Positions 9,342 to 18,709 of a stretch of DNA of 64,000 nucleotides are shown piece after piece. Source of the DNA: Armatimonadota bacterium (GTDB lineage Bacteria > Armatimonadota > UBA5829 > DTJY01); the NCBI GenBank assembly GCA_023511795.1, contig JAIMAU010000001.1, positions 138,384-202,383 on the forward strand, read 5' to 3'. A program made the position numbers and the translations under genes. Positions within the stretch are counted from its first letter, which is position 1. The number at the start of each line of letters is the position of its first letter. The notes beneath the pieces are model-generated. The model was not told the origin of the DNA and made no database searches. It was given only the letters and a program-made list of their open reading frames with translations.

Positions 9342-12300
9342 ATGCGAGCAACGCTATTATTAACGTTAATCTTTACCATAACTGCATATGCCCAGGAGGC
9401 GAAAATGGACTCAGCATTCAAGCCCACGTGCATCGAAGCTAACATAATTCCTAGAGAGGTGCAGCCTGGCGGGCAGGTATCTGTTACACTCAAGTTCCGA
9501 AACACAGGTACCGCATCAGCTAGTGCTAATTACCAGGTCTTTTTGCACCTGGAATCGCAAAAGTCTTGTGACGCAATCATATCGCAGTCTGATCATTTCC
9601 CGTCAACTTCCACAACCGCATGGAAGCCTGACCGCACGATAACTGATGGCCCTTGTATTTTGAACGTTCCTTCGAATGCCAAGGAAGGTACATACTATGT
9701 TCATGCTGGAGTGTATGATTCGGAAGCTTCAAATGGTCAAAGGTTTTGTGATCAGTATGTCGGCGAGATAATTGTTTCAAAGAATGCTTCTGCCAAGAAT
9801 TACAAGCCTCCTATTATGAGCACCGAAGAGATGCTCCGAAGGCAGAATGCACTTGCGGGCCACGTTGAATATCCATTGACTTTAGAAAATGATAAGCTAG
9901 CATTCACAATATCCATGCGGAACGGGGCATGGTTTATTAAGGACAAGGCTACAAAGGAGTCTTGGTATTCGAATCCAGAGAAAGCTTGTTTGGGTGAAGT
10001 TGAGTTTAAGAAAGGTAATAATTCGGTTGTTTTTCTTATCGATTCGCTAACTGCAATTGGTGGGAGCGACAGTAAATGTATCCGTCTCCAATATATACCA
10101 GACCTCGAAGGCGATCCGCCGGTATTAAATTTTGAATTCCGGTTGACGAAAAGAGGAGGTGTGGAGTTCCGCTATTTCGCCCAAGAGACAAGTTGGAAGG
10201 TTGAAAGTGTGAGGTTGCTTGACCGAGGCTTATGGGCAACTGATGCTGAGAAGGGGTATTTAGCAATTTCCCATCGTCTAGGCATCATGTTTCCAGCCGG
10301 CGAGGGACTGCCTTCTAGAAATGTCTACACGGCTTACAGCAACTATAAATCTTATTCCATGGCGATGTTTGGTGTCGTCAAGAACGACTCAGCAATCCTC
10401 GTTCACTGGGATGATCCTTATGTAATTCTGGAAACAGAACGCACTTGGCCAGATATACCAACGGTGCCTGCGCACGGCATGGTATCGGCATCGCTAACGC
10501 TTCGCAAGACAGCAAACTCCTTTACAATTGAAGTCTTAGGCCGTGGCGGCTATGCCGAGATTGCGAAAGCATATAGAAGGGTTGCCAGAGATAGGGGGCT
10601 CCTCCGAACGTGGAAAGAAAAAATCACAGCAAATTCTCAGGTTGAGGCAATGTTGGGTGCTGCAGACTTTAAGCCCTTTGTGCTTTCTAGAGTCATGCCA
10701 AAAACCAGATGGAATCACACAGATAAGGAAGTGGTCAATGTTCAATATACTTTTGATGAGGCAGCACAGATTGCTGAGCACCTTAAAAATGACCTCGGGA
10801 TAGACAGGGCGATGTTTGTTCTCGCCGGATGGATTCGGAGGGGTTATGATAACCAGCACCCGGATATATTGCCGGCGGCTCCAGAATGCGGCGGGAACAA
10901 AGGTCTGTCTGAGTGTGCGAGAAAAGTTAGAAATCTTGGGTTTCTATTTGGCCTTCACGACAACTATCAGGACATGTACCTAGACTCCCCCTCGTGGGAT
11001 GAAAGCTATTTGCTTCGCAATCCCGATGGGTCAGTGCGAAAAGGTGGAGTTTGGGCTGGCGGTCAGGCATATATAACATGTTCAAAAAAGGCAATTGAGT
11101 TGGCTAAACGCGATCAGAATCTCCCGGCCGTAAAGAAGTTATTTGAGCCAACCATTTATTTCATTGATACGACGTTTGCCGCACCACTGTTGGAATGTTC
11201 GGACCCCAGACATCCCTTGACGCTGATAGACGATATGTACTGGAAACGCAAGCTTTCTGAGTATGCACGTGAGATGTTTGGCTTATTTGGAAGCGAAGAG
11301 GGCCAGGAGTGGGCGGTTCCATGTGCGGACTATTTCGAAGGTCTTATGAGCCATAAGACGCATAGTAATGAGAGTGAGATTGTAATTCCCTTATTTGAAA
11401 TGGTTTATGGAGATTGCATAAACCTTTACACCCATCAGGGCGACCGAGCGACTCCCGGTCGTCCAACGTACATCCTAGACCACATTCTTTATGCCGAAAT
11501 GCCGATATATGATTTTGGCTCACATCTCTATTTTAAATCTGGAATACCAGCCGTCGGCATAGCAAAACCTTTTGTGCATGAATTAAAGCAGATTGGCCCT
11601 CGAAAGTTCGAAATTACATATGCTTGGGAAGTAAAGGCTACGCCAAAACGAGATTATAATTGCTTTGTTCATTTTTGTAACTTCGAGGCGGGACAGGCAG
11701 AGGGTATTGCTTTCCAAAATGACCATAAACTTCCTGTGCGCCCAACTTCATGGAAACTGGGGGAGACCGTTATTGATGGTCCATATTTAGTAGAAATACC
11801 TGTGGGAAAAGAAGGATCGTTTGACATTTTGATTGGCCTTTGGGATGAAACTGGAAGAGTATCGTTGCTCGGTAATGAGAGTGGAAACTTACGCTATAAT
11901 ATCGGCAGGGTAAGTTTGTCTTCGGGCAGAATTACTTTTGAACGAAACCCAAAGGCAAGGATTAATACGCACTGTTTCTCACAACAAAGCGGTTGGGCGG
12001 CGCATCTTAATGCAGTAGATAGATTTATCAAAAATACTTACGAGGTGCTTTCGCCATTAAATCGGATAACTGCCCACGTGCCAATGACAAAACATGAGTT
12101 TCTTACGCCAGACCGCAAGGTAGAAAAGAGTCAATTTGGAAATGTAACGATTACCGTTAATTACGGTAGCGAACCTTACAGGATTGGAAACACGGTACTT
12201 CCCCAATATGGCTTTTTGGTCGAAAGTCCCACATTTGTTGCTTTCCATGCGGAGGAATATGGGGGCGTCAAGTTCTCTACGCATACTATGGTCACCGCGG

Positions 12301-12422
12301 CAAGCTTGGACGGAGAACCAATCGCAAGGTCTAGCAGGATACGTCTGTACCGCGCGTTTGGTGACAAAAAGGTTCGCGTAGTTGGACGGGATTTCGAAGT
12401 CGAAACAGAAGCGATTTATTGA
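9342..12422 (+). CDS. Secreted ~1026-aa protein. It has an N-terminal beta-sandwich domain and a central TIM-barrel glycoside-hydrolase-like domain (GWIRRGYDNQHPD...LHDNYQDMY).
   Basis: Signal peptide MRATLLLTLIFTITAYAQEA. ATG 9342 is preferred over the in-frame TTG 9336 because of RBS spacing. The internal motifs resemble polysaccharide-hydrolase barrels, but the family is not identifiable by eye. Confidence 0.45.
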   Translation: MRATLLLTLIFTITAYAQEAKMDSAFKPTCIEANIIPREVQPGGQVSVTLKFRNTGTASASANYQVFLHLESQKSCDAIISQSDHFPSTSTTAWKPDRTITDGPCILNVPSNAKEGTYYVHAGVYDSEASNGQRFCDQYVGEIIVSKNASAKNYKPPIMSTEEMLRRQNALAGHVEYPLTLENDKLAFTISMRNGAWFIKDKATKESWYSNPEKACLGEVEFKKGNNSVVFLIDSLTAIGGSDSKCIRLQYIPDLEGDPPVLNFEFRLTKRGGVEFRYFAQETSWKVESVRLLDRGLWATDAEKGYLAISHRLGIMFPAGEGLPSRNVYTAYSNYKSYSMAMFGVVKNDSAILVHWDDPYVILETERTWPDIPTVPAHGMVSASLTLRKTANSFTIEVLGRGGYAEIAKAYRRVARDRGLLRTWKEKITANSQVEAMLGAADFKPFVLSRVMPKTRWNHTDKEVVNVQYTFDEAAQIAEHLKNDLGIDRAMFVLAGWIRRGYDNQHPDILPAAPECGGNKGLSECARKVRNLGFLFGLHDNYQDMYLDSPSWDESYLLRNPDGSVRKGGVWAGGQAYITCSKKAIELAKRDQNLPAVKKLFEPTIYFIDTTFAAPLLECSDPRHPLTLIDDMYWKRKLSEYAREMFGLFGSEEGQEWAVPCADYFEGLMSHKTHSNESEIVIPLFEMVYGDCINLYTHQGDRATPGRPTYILDHILYAEMPIYDFGSHLYFKSGIPAVGIAKPFVHELKQIGPRKFEITYAWEVKATPKRDYNCFVHFCNFEAGQAEGIAFQNDHKLPVRPTSWKLGETVIDGPYLVEIPVGKEGSFDILIGLWDETGRVSLLGNESGNLRYNIGRVSLSSGRITFERNPKARINTHCFSQQSGWAAHLNAVDRFIKNTYEVLSPLNRITAHVPMTKHEFLTPDRKVEKSQFGNVTITVNYGSEPYRIGNTVLPQYGFLVESPTFVAFHAEEYGGVKFSTHTMVTAASLDGEPIARSSRIRLYRAFGDKKVRVVGRDFEVETEAIY

Positions 12423-12521
12423 TTCTTGGGTTGACTAGTCGTGCAAGAACTTTGGCTGGTGCAATATGCGAAAGAATGTTTGAAACTTTAGGAAGCTAGC
12501 GGATAGTGATTGAGTTTAATG

Positions 12522-12551
12522 AAAGGGGCGGGTAGAAGTTCCCGCCCCTTT
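12522..12551. terminator. Bidirectional rho-independent terminator hairpin (AAAGGGGCGGG / CCCGCCCCTTT)
   Basis: An 11-bp perfect stem with an 8-nt loop lies between convergent genes (stops at 12422 on + and 12556 on -). Confidence 0.5.
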
Positions 12552-12555
12552 GGAT

Positions 12556-12768
12556 TTAGAACTGAGCCGCCCCTGGGCTCTGACTTGGAACGTGCTTATT
12601 CTGTGAGTAAGTAGTACAATCGGCGTGATCTTGGTGGAAGTTGACCATTATCCCATTGTCAGCGGTGCAGGTAGAGTTTTCATTCCACATGCAGTCCCTA
12701 GCCGTGCATGTCATGACTCTGCCCTCGTTAGGGTTTTCCATGCTCATGGATGCTTCGCCATATGCCAT
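12556..12768 (-). CDS. DUF1540 family Cys/His-rich small protein
   Basis: MTCTARDCMWNENSTCTADNGIMVNFHQDHADCTTY has the DUF1540-like C-x-x-x-C / H-x-x-H-x-x-C pattern. Confidence 0.55.
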   Translation of the reverse strand: MAYGEASMSMENPNEGRVMTCTARDCMWNENSTCTADNGIMVNFHQDHADCTTYSQNKHVPSQSPGAAQF

Positions 12769-12875
12769 CGTTGTTTCCTCCTTTGTTGGGAAGTTTTGAT
12801 GTTTTGAATACCCAGTGGCTGGTACAAATAAACGTGGTTAAATGAAAGTAAGGGGTTCTTCAGATAAATAAACTT

Positions 12876-13520
12876 CTAGTACAGCCCTTCCAAAAGAACG
12901 TGCCTGCCAAGAGGAACTACTTCGCAATACTTGCCAAGGCTGTTGAGGAAACAGTTATTTGCGCATAGGCCGCCTGAAACATAGAGTTTTTCCGGACGCT
13001 GAGCGAAGTTGTATACGTTGAAGGCGATGCCATGGATGAATTGGGCAAGTGCATCTTCTGGCGACCCACCTCTAATTATGGTATCGAATATTTGCTCGAT
13101 AGCAAATATGCCACAAGTCACAGGAATCTTCTTGTCACTTGCCGGCAAGGTATTGAAGTCTAAATCATAGTACTTTGCCAAAAGTTCAAGGGTAAAGCCG
13201 GTGCTCGCACCACAGGCTTGATTCCAATCCATTTTCCTGAGCTTTCGACCATTGAAGCGCACGAACTTTGTGTCTCTCGAACCAATATCAACAACCGTAA
13301 AATTTTCTTCTGGTATAAGCTTAAGGCTACCTTGGGCTAAAGCGATTATTTCGTTTTCATATCTATCAGCACGCTCACGCCCCAGATGTCCTGTGGCAAC
13401 AGCAAAACGCAGTCGCGGATTCTTCAGTATTTGCGAGGTTGGTTTGATAACGATTTTGCCTTCTTCGAGGTTTTTTATTTTACTCCACGAGCTTCCACAA
13501 TCAGCTATCAGCGTTGGCAT
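12876..13520 (-). CDS. Acyl-CoA dehydratase activase / archerase-type ATPase (BadF/BadG/BcrA/BcrD, HgdC-like), compact 214-aa form
   Basis: It aligns motif by motif with HgdC. LIADCGSSWSKI matches the LGIDVGSTASK ATP site, VVDIGSRDTKFV matches VIDIGGQDVKVI, and YVSGGLCAN matches the C-terminal GG motif. Both [4Fe-4S]-bridging cysteines are kept (NQACGASTGF and VTCGIFAIE). Confidence 0.65.
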   Translation of the reverse strand: MPTLIADCGSSWSKIKNLEEGKIVIKPTSQILKNPRLRFAVATGHLGRERADRYENEIIALAQGSLKLIPEENFTVVDIGSRDTKFVRFNGRKLRKMDWNQACGASTGFTLELLAKYYDLDFNTLPASDKKIPVTCGIFAIEQIFDTIIRGGSPEDALAQFIHGIAFNVYNFAQRPEKLYVSGGLCANNCFLNSLGKYCEVVPLGRHVLLEGLY

Positions 13521-13606
13521 GTTTCTTTCTCAAATGGATTGGGCATTAACTACCATGTCGAGGTGCTTAAGAGAGCTTTATCTCTAATTTAAATAATCTG
13601 GTAATT

Positions 13607-14329
13607 TTATCCTAGTCGAATGAAAGCAGTTATCTGAGCTACCACGCTGTTGGTCATTGGACCGTCACAGTCAATATAGAGTCCGTTGTATTTTTCGGCT
13701 AGGTAGCGTGCAAGCATGGTCTTCGCACAAAATGTTTGGGCGAAAAATACAGTAGGAACGCCCGGGTCAACTTGCATTTCTAAGTCGAGATCAGCGGGTA
13801 CACCGGCTTCTACGCAACGTGTCCACCCGTAGACGTGTGTTGTATTGGGAAATAGGTCCAGCAACCGCATATCATGGGGTGGCACCCCCCAAAAACCATG
13901 CGTTGGCTTTACCGGCGAAAAGACCCTGCGATTTGGCTTGCAAACTGAGTCCATGATTCTATTGACTTTCTCACGTAAAGGAAGACCCGATGTGGCAATT
14001 GTAATTGGTCTGCGTTCCATGTTTGGGTTTCGCACTTCAAAGATTGTAAAGCCCAAGTCCTTTAGCATTAGCGCTGCGAACCTTCCGCCGTCGCATTTAT
14101 CTTCACCAACGGCCGCGATAATAAAACGCAGGCGGTCGCGGAGATGGAGTGCGTTGTCTACTATATTGGTAATGATTTGGCAGTATGCGTCCGGCACCAA
14201 ATGGCTCGGCGGAGCGCCAAGGTCAACGTCGAGATCGATAAATTCATCATATGGATGTTTTCGCGATGCCTGGGCAATGACTTCCCTTGGTGGACATCCC
14301 CAATATCCAATTAGCATTGACTTTGCCAT
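13607..14329 (-). CDS. Cys-rich 240-aa protein, possibly a truncated 2-hydroxyacyl-CoA dehydratase D-component (HGD-D/HgdB-like) partner of the activase
   Basis: It sits next to the activase on the same strand. LIGYWGCPPREV resembles the HgdB N-terminal VIGVLPYYAPEE, and several Cys (WGC, AYCQ, DKCDGG, VCKP, DCDG) are present. The similarity is loose. Confidence 0.35.
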   Translation of the reverse strand: MAKSMLIGYWGCPPREVIAQASRKHPYDEFIDLDVDLGAPPSHLVPDAYCQIITNIVDNALHLRDRLRFIIAAVGEDKCDGGRFAALMLKDLGFTIFEVRNPNMERRPITIATSGLPLREKVNRIMDSVCKPNRRVFSPVKPTHGFWGVPPHDMRLLDLFPNTTHVYGWTRCVEAGVPADLDLEMQVDPGVPTVFFAQTFCAKTMLARYLAEKYNGLYIDCDGPMTNSVVAQITAFIRLG

Positions 14330-14400
14330 TTGACTTTCAATTCAGAATATCATAAACAATCCCTGGTGTCCAGAATCTTACCACCAAGAATGTATACGGC

Positions 14401-14429
14401 TTGACAAAAGATGGCTGTTCTCCTATGAT
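14401..14429 (+). promoter_or_regulatory. Sigma70-like promoter (TTGACA, 17-nt spacer, TATGAT)
   Basis: -35 at 14401-14406 and -10 at 14424-14429, about 30 nt upstream of the GTG start at 14459. Confidence 0.4.
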
Positions 14430-14458
14430 TGTGAAGATCTTAGTGTCAGGGGGTATGG

Positions 14459-15316
14459 GTGAAACTAACGGCAATTACAGACGAGATTTCGCAGGATTTT
14501 GACCACGCCCTTGCTGTGCTTCAAGAATACGGCGTCCAAAGCGCAGAGCTTCGGGGGCTGTGGGATGTAAATATAGTCGACCTTTCAAAAGACCAAGTCG
14601 AGAAAGCGAAAAGGATTCTCGACGACAAAGGCATGTCGGTGTGCTGTATTGCCTCGCCGCTTTTTAAATGCGACCTTTGGGAGACCTCAGCCGAAGCTAC
14701 GGGACCCACACACTTGGCAAAAGAGCGCTCAATCGCAGATCAAATGGCGCTGCTGAACCACTGCGCGGAGCTTGCGCACTTTTTTGGCACGAAACTAATT
14801 CGCGTATTTTCTTTTTGGCGGCGCGGCGAGCTTACCAAAGAAATAGAAGATCAGATAATCCAAGAATTGGGCAACGCCGCAGAGAGCGCGCAAAAGCTTG
14901 GAGTAATCCTTGCTTTGGAAAATGAACATTCGTGCTTTTTGGGAACCGGCGAAGAAGTAGCTCGCGTAATCAAAGCTGTGGGGTCACCTGCTCTCCAAGC
15001 TGTTTGGGACCCAGGCAATGCATTTTGCGCAGGTGAGATTCCCTATCCCAATGGTTATGAGGCAATTAAGCCTTATATTGTTCACATTCACGTTAAGGAT
15101 GCCGTTAAACTAAATGGCAAGCCAAAATTTGTTGTGATGGGAACGGGCGAGATTGATTATTATGGGCAATTCAAAGCCTTAAAAGATGATAACTACAAGG
15201 GATATATATCCCTCGAGACTCATTATCGTCCTGCCAGCGGTTCAGCCGAGGAGGGCTCCAGGGAATGCTTGGAGTACCTCAAGCGTGTGGTGGCAGATTT
15301 TTGTGGAGGAAGCTAA
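14459..15316 (+). CDS. Sugar phosphate isomerase/epimerase (xylose-isomerase-like TIM barrel)
   Basis: GTG start. LALENEHSCF, IVHIHVKD and ISLETHYRP are motifs typical of AP-endonuclease-2/xylose-isomerase-like barrels. Confidence 0.7.
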   Translation: MKLTAITDEISQDFDHALAVLQEYGVQSAELRGLWDVNIVDLSKDQVEKAKRILDDKGMSVCCIASPLFKCDLWETSAEATGPTHLAKERSIADQMALLNHCAELAHFFGTKLIRVFSFWRRGELTKEIEDQIIQELGNAAESAQKLGVILALENEHSCFLGTGEEVARVIKAVGSPALQAVWDPGNAFCAGEIPYPNGYEAIKPYIVHIHVKDAVKLNGKPKFVVMGTGEIDYYGQFKALKDDNYKGYISLETHYRPASGSAEEGSRECLEYLKRVVADFCGGS

Positions 15317-16917
15317 TGTCATTAGTTCGCATGCGTAAGAAATTCCATGGCTATTCCAAGTATATAATGTGGGTGATGGCTATAGTCTTTGCAGTCGGAT
15401 TTGCTGCGATTAGCATACCCGGCGGCAGAGTTCCTGAGAGAACTGATAGCGTACTTTCTGGTGTTGTAGCAACGGTTAATGGGGAGAAACTGGATAGACA
15501 GGCATACGAAATGCGAGTAAGGGCACAAATAGACCCAATTCAGGAGACTCGCCCAGTAAGCGCCATCGAGGAATCCCAGATTCGCGGCCAGGTATTTGAT
15601 ACTATGGTAGATGAAATGCTGAAATTGCAGGCTGCGAAAAAAGAGCATATTAAAGTTTCTCGAGGCGAAGTAAACCGGCAAATAGACCAGATTGTAGAAC
15701 AGCGGTTACAACAAATTAAAAGTTCCTTGCTCAGCGGAAGGAGAACAAAACAAACCGATGAAGCGTTTGAGCAGGAACTTCGAAAACGCGATCCGTCCAT
15801 GAGCATTAAGAAGCTGAGGGCAGAAATTCGTAAGTCAATCGATCCAAAAACTGTGCGCAATTACCTTTTGATGGACAAACTGTCCAAGAAGATTCGGGAG
15901 AAAGTTGATACTAGCGACCGTGCACTGCGCCAAAGCTTTGAGCAAGTGAAACTTAGGCAAATAACGATATCTGCTTCCGGCCGCTCTCAGGTCCAGGCAG
16001 AGCAATTGGCTCGAGACTTGGTTGCAAAACTTCGAGCTGGTGGGGACTTTGCGGCGCTTGCCAAGGCGAACTCCCAAGACTATTACAAAACCGCTGGTGG
16101 CGACGTCGGATGGGTGTCAAAACAGATGCTTCCTAGGGAAGTAGGCGACGTGGCGTTTAAGTTGGGAGAGGGCGCAGTTTCCGACCCAATAAAAACGGGC
16201 GGCGAGTATGTGATAATTAAGGTGGAAGGCAGAAGAAGCAGCATGCCAGCAGATTTAAAGGACCCCAAGAAAATGGCTGAATACCGCCGCATGTTCGTCC
16301 AGCAGGAGCAAAACAAAGCGGAGTACTTATACTATGCTGACCTTCGGAAAAAAGCCCAAATCACAATCAACGATCCCGAGCTAAGAGGCTATACGATTGC
16401 ACAGGCAGTAATGATGTCATTTGGACAGGCCAATCCTGCCGAGCAGAAGAGCAAAATTGAGACTGCGATTAAGGAATACAGAACTGCGGTTGCTTCTGCA
16501 GGAGACAGAACGGATATCAAAGCGAGATGTTATGTGCAAATCGCTCAGCTCCTTACCGCGCTTAGGAATTTTACATCCAATCCCGAGGAAATAAAGAAGT
16601 ATAAAACTCAAACGATTGAAGCACTCGAAGATGCTTTGAATTATACTGAGTCTACCGATATCCGTTTGTCTTTGGGTAAACTATATATTGACGCTGGCCA
16701 ACCAAACAAAGCTGTCGAACATCTGGAAATTGCATCCGAAAATGCGTATGACGATTACAGTATGCACGAGCAGTTGATTGAGCTTTATAAAAAAATAAAG
16801 AGAGCAGATCTCGTTGCTAAAGAACAAAAGTGGCTGAGCGAGAATAAGGAACTGGCACAGCCGCAAGCCGGACAAACGATACCCGTGTCGGGGGGCGAAA
16901 TTCCGGCTGGAAGGTAA
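15316..16917 (+). CDS. Membrane-anchored parvulin-type peptidyl-prolyl isomerase (SurA/PrsA-like) with a C-terminal TPR-like region
   Basis: The ATG overlaps the upstream stop (TAATG) and GGAGGA is the RBS. It has an N-terminal TM helix and a PpiC domain FAALAKANSQDYYKTAGGDVGWVSKQMLPREV...EYVIIKVEGRR. Confidence 0.7.
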   Translation: MSLVRMRKKFHGYSKYIMWVMAIVFAVGFAAISIPGGRVPERTDSVLSGVVATVNGEKLDRQAYEMRVRAQIDPIQETRPVSAIEESQIRGQVFDTMVDEMLKLQAAKKEHIKVSRGEVNRQIDQIVEQRLQQIKSSLLSGRRTKQTDEAFEQELRKRDPSMSIKKLRAEIRKSIDPKTVRNYLLMDKLSKKIREKVDTSDRALRQSFEQVKLRQITISASGRSQVQAEQLARDLVAKLRAGGDFAALAKANSQDYYKTAGGDVGWVSKQMLPREVGDVAFKLGEGAVSDPIKTGGEYVIIKVEGRRSSMPADLKDPKKMAEYRRMFVQQEQNKAEYLYYADLRKKAQITINDPELRGYTIAQAVMMSFGQANPAEQKSKIETAIKEYRTAVASAGDRTDIKARCYVQIAQLLTALRNFTSNPEEIKKYKTQTIEALEDALNYTESTDIRLSLGKLYIDAGQPNKAVEHLEIASENAYDDYSMHEQLIELYKKIKRADLVAKEQKWLSENKELAQPQAGQTIPVSGGEIPAGR

Positions 16918-16953
16918 CAAGCTGTCTCTTTTAAATAAAAGGGTCTTCAAAGT

Positions 16954-16993
16954 CGGGGGTCTCCAAAATCGTAATATTCGGCGGCCCCCTTTT
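16954..16993 (+). terminator. Putative rho-independent terminator (CGGGGGTC ... GGCGGCCCCC TTTT)
   Basis: GC stem 16955-16961/16983-16989, followed by TTTT, located after the PPIase stop. Confidence 0.4.
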
Positions 16994-17016
16994 AAGTCAA
17001 AAGGTGGACAAGCCAA

Positions 17017-17886
17017 ATGGAGCAAAATAGCAAGCAGTCGCCCGGGACACTTTATGTGGTTGCCACTCCAATCGGAAACCTTGCGGACATTACCCTTCGC
17101 GCACTCGCTATTCTCAAGGAAGTTGACCTTATAGCAGCAGAAAATACAAGAGTAACCCAAAAGCTCCTCAGTCGTTATGGCATAGATACTCCCACTACTC
17201 CCTACCATCAGCATAGCCTCGGGAAAAAAGCAGAAAGATTGACGGAACTTCTTAAGGAAGGCAAGAACATCGCCCTTGTTTCAGATGCAGGAACGCCTGG
17301 TATCTCTGACCCAGGTTACGAAATAATCAATCTAGCTATTAAGAACGAAGTTCCAGTGGTTGCTATTCCAGGACCAAATGCAATAATCACTGCCCTTGTA
17401 GTTTCCGGACTGCCAACTAGAAGGTTTGCTTTCGATGGTTTCCCTCCCAGGAAGTCAGGCGAACGCCGAACATTTTTTACATCCCTCAAAGATGAACGAA
17501 GAACAATGGTCTTCTACGAATCTCCAAACCGGCTGCTACCAACTTTAAAGGAAATGCTTGACGTTTTCGGCGACCGCCGCATCGCGGTTGTCCGCGAAGC
17601 AACTAAAAAGTTCGAAGAGGTGCATCGCGGAACAATTAGCTCTGCAATTGCAAGGTTTACTGAGGTAAAAGCAAAAGGCGAAATAACGATTGTTGTCGCC
17701 GGTTGCGCCGAGGGACAAACAGGCGAGGCTGGGAAAGTGGAGGAGGAATTAAGACGCCTTCTTGCCGAAGGTATGTCTGAACGTGATGCAGTAAGGGAAT
17801 TGGCGCTAAAGTTCCCTCTTCCCAAAAAAGAAATATACCGACGGATGATTCAGGTAAAAAAGGAGCTAAATGGTGATCAAAACTAA
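17017..17886 (+). CDS. rsmI: 16S rRNA (cytidine1402-2'-O)-methyltransferase
   Basis: [35 protein letters not shown]-type N-terminus and GISDPG, the tetrapyrrole-methylase fold signature of RsmI. Confidence 0.85.
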   Translation: [289 protein letters not shown]

Positions 17887-18709
17887 ACTATTTCTATTCG
17901 TGGCATTATTAATTGTACTAGCCGCTATACATTGTGCGGCGGTTGAGACGGGTAAGCAAACAGATTTCACGCAGGTGGTAATCAAAAAGGCAATCGAATT
18001 TCTGCCGCAGGATATAAGCTCGAAACTCAAACCTATCGAAAAAGATATAATCTCGAATGCTAAGCCGAAATATACCAAGGATGAGCAGTCATCTTCTGAG
18101 TTATCGTACTTCGTTTCCAAAAAGGAAGGCTCTGCGCCTGATACATTCGCTGAGACTTTTCGTCAGGCTAGGAAAAGTATAGGCGAGGGGAAACCTATCT
18201 CTGCTCAGGTGGCGGTCTTGGGGAAGCTTGCTGAGTGTATTATAGCATTGTCTCAGCCCTATCACTCTGACGAGGTTGCGTTTAAAAGTCCAAAGCACAT
18301 TGAGTTCGAAAAGAAACTCGATACAATGAGCTCCTCCATCGATGCAAAGTCAGAAGGAAGTCGAAATGTTGATAATCCATCTAGTTTTGCAGTCCAGATT
18401 GCGCAAAAAGCAAATGAAGAGCTGAAGAAGCTATCAAAGGCTGAGAATGGGAAATCGGATGCATCGGAGGAGGTAGGTTCTAGAATATTCTCATTGGCTG
18501 CAAATAGCTTAGCCTCCACATGGTGTACGCTTTTAGCAAAGCCGAATGAAACAGAGAATTTTGGAAACTATGTTGGAAACAAGCGGAGCCTGAAATTTCA
18601 TCGACAAGACTGTCGATATCTTCCGGCAGAGAAAAACCGTACGTATTTCAAAACGCGGGAAGAAGCAATAAACGAAGGATATGTGCCTTGTAAGGTGTGC
18701 AAACCATGA
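17870..18709 (+). CDS. Secreted 279-aa protein with a C-terminal Ada-type zinc-binding domain
   Basis: Signal peptide MVIKTKLFLFVALLIVLAAIHCAA. The C-terminus FHRQDCRYLPAEKNRTYFKTREEAINEGYVPCKVCKP matches the Ada N-terminal Zn-domain pattern FCRPSC...N..F....EA..AGFRPCKRC.P, with the first Cys replaced by His. Confidence 0.5.
   Translation: MVIKTKLFLFVALLIVLAAIHCAAVETGKQTDFTQVVIKKAIEFLPQDISSKLKPIEKDIISNAKPKYTKDEQSSSELSYFVSKKEGSAPDTFAETFRQARKSIGEGKPISAQVAVLGKLAECIIALSQPYHSDEVAFKSPKHIEFEKKLDTMSSSIDAKSEGSRNVDNPSSFAVQIAQKANEELKKLSKAENGKSDASEEVGSRIFSLAANSLASTWCTLLAKPNETENFGNYVGNKRSLKFHRQDCRYLPAEKNRTYFKTREEAINEGYVPCKVCKP

Noticed and set aside
16681-17214. 177-aa minus-strand ORF spanning the PPIase 3' end and the rsmI start
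   Set aside because: It crosses an intergenic terminator and two supported genes on the other strand, and has no motif support.
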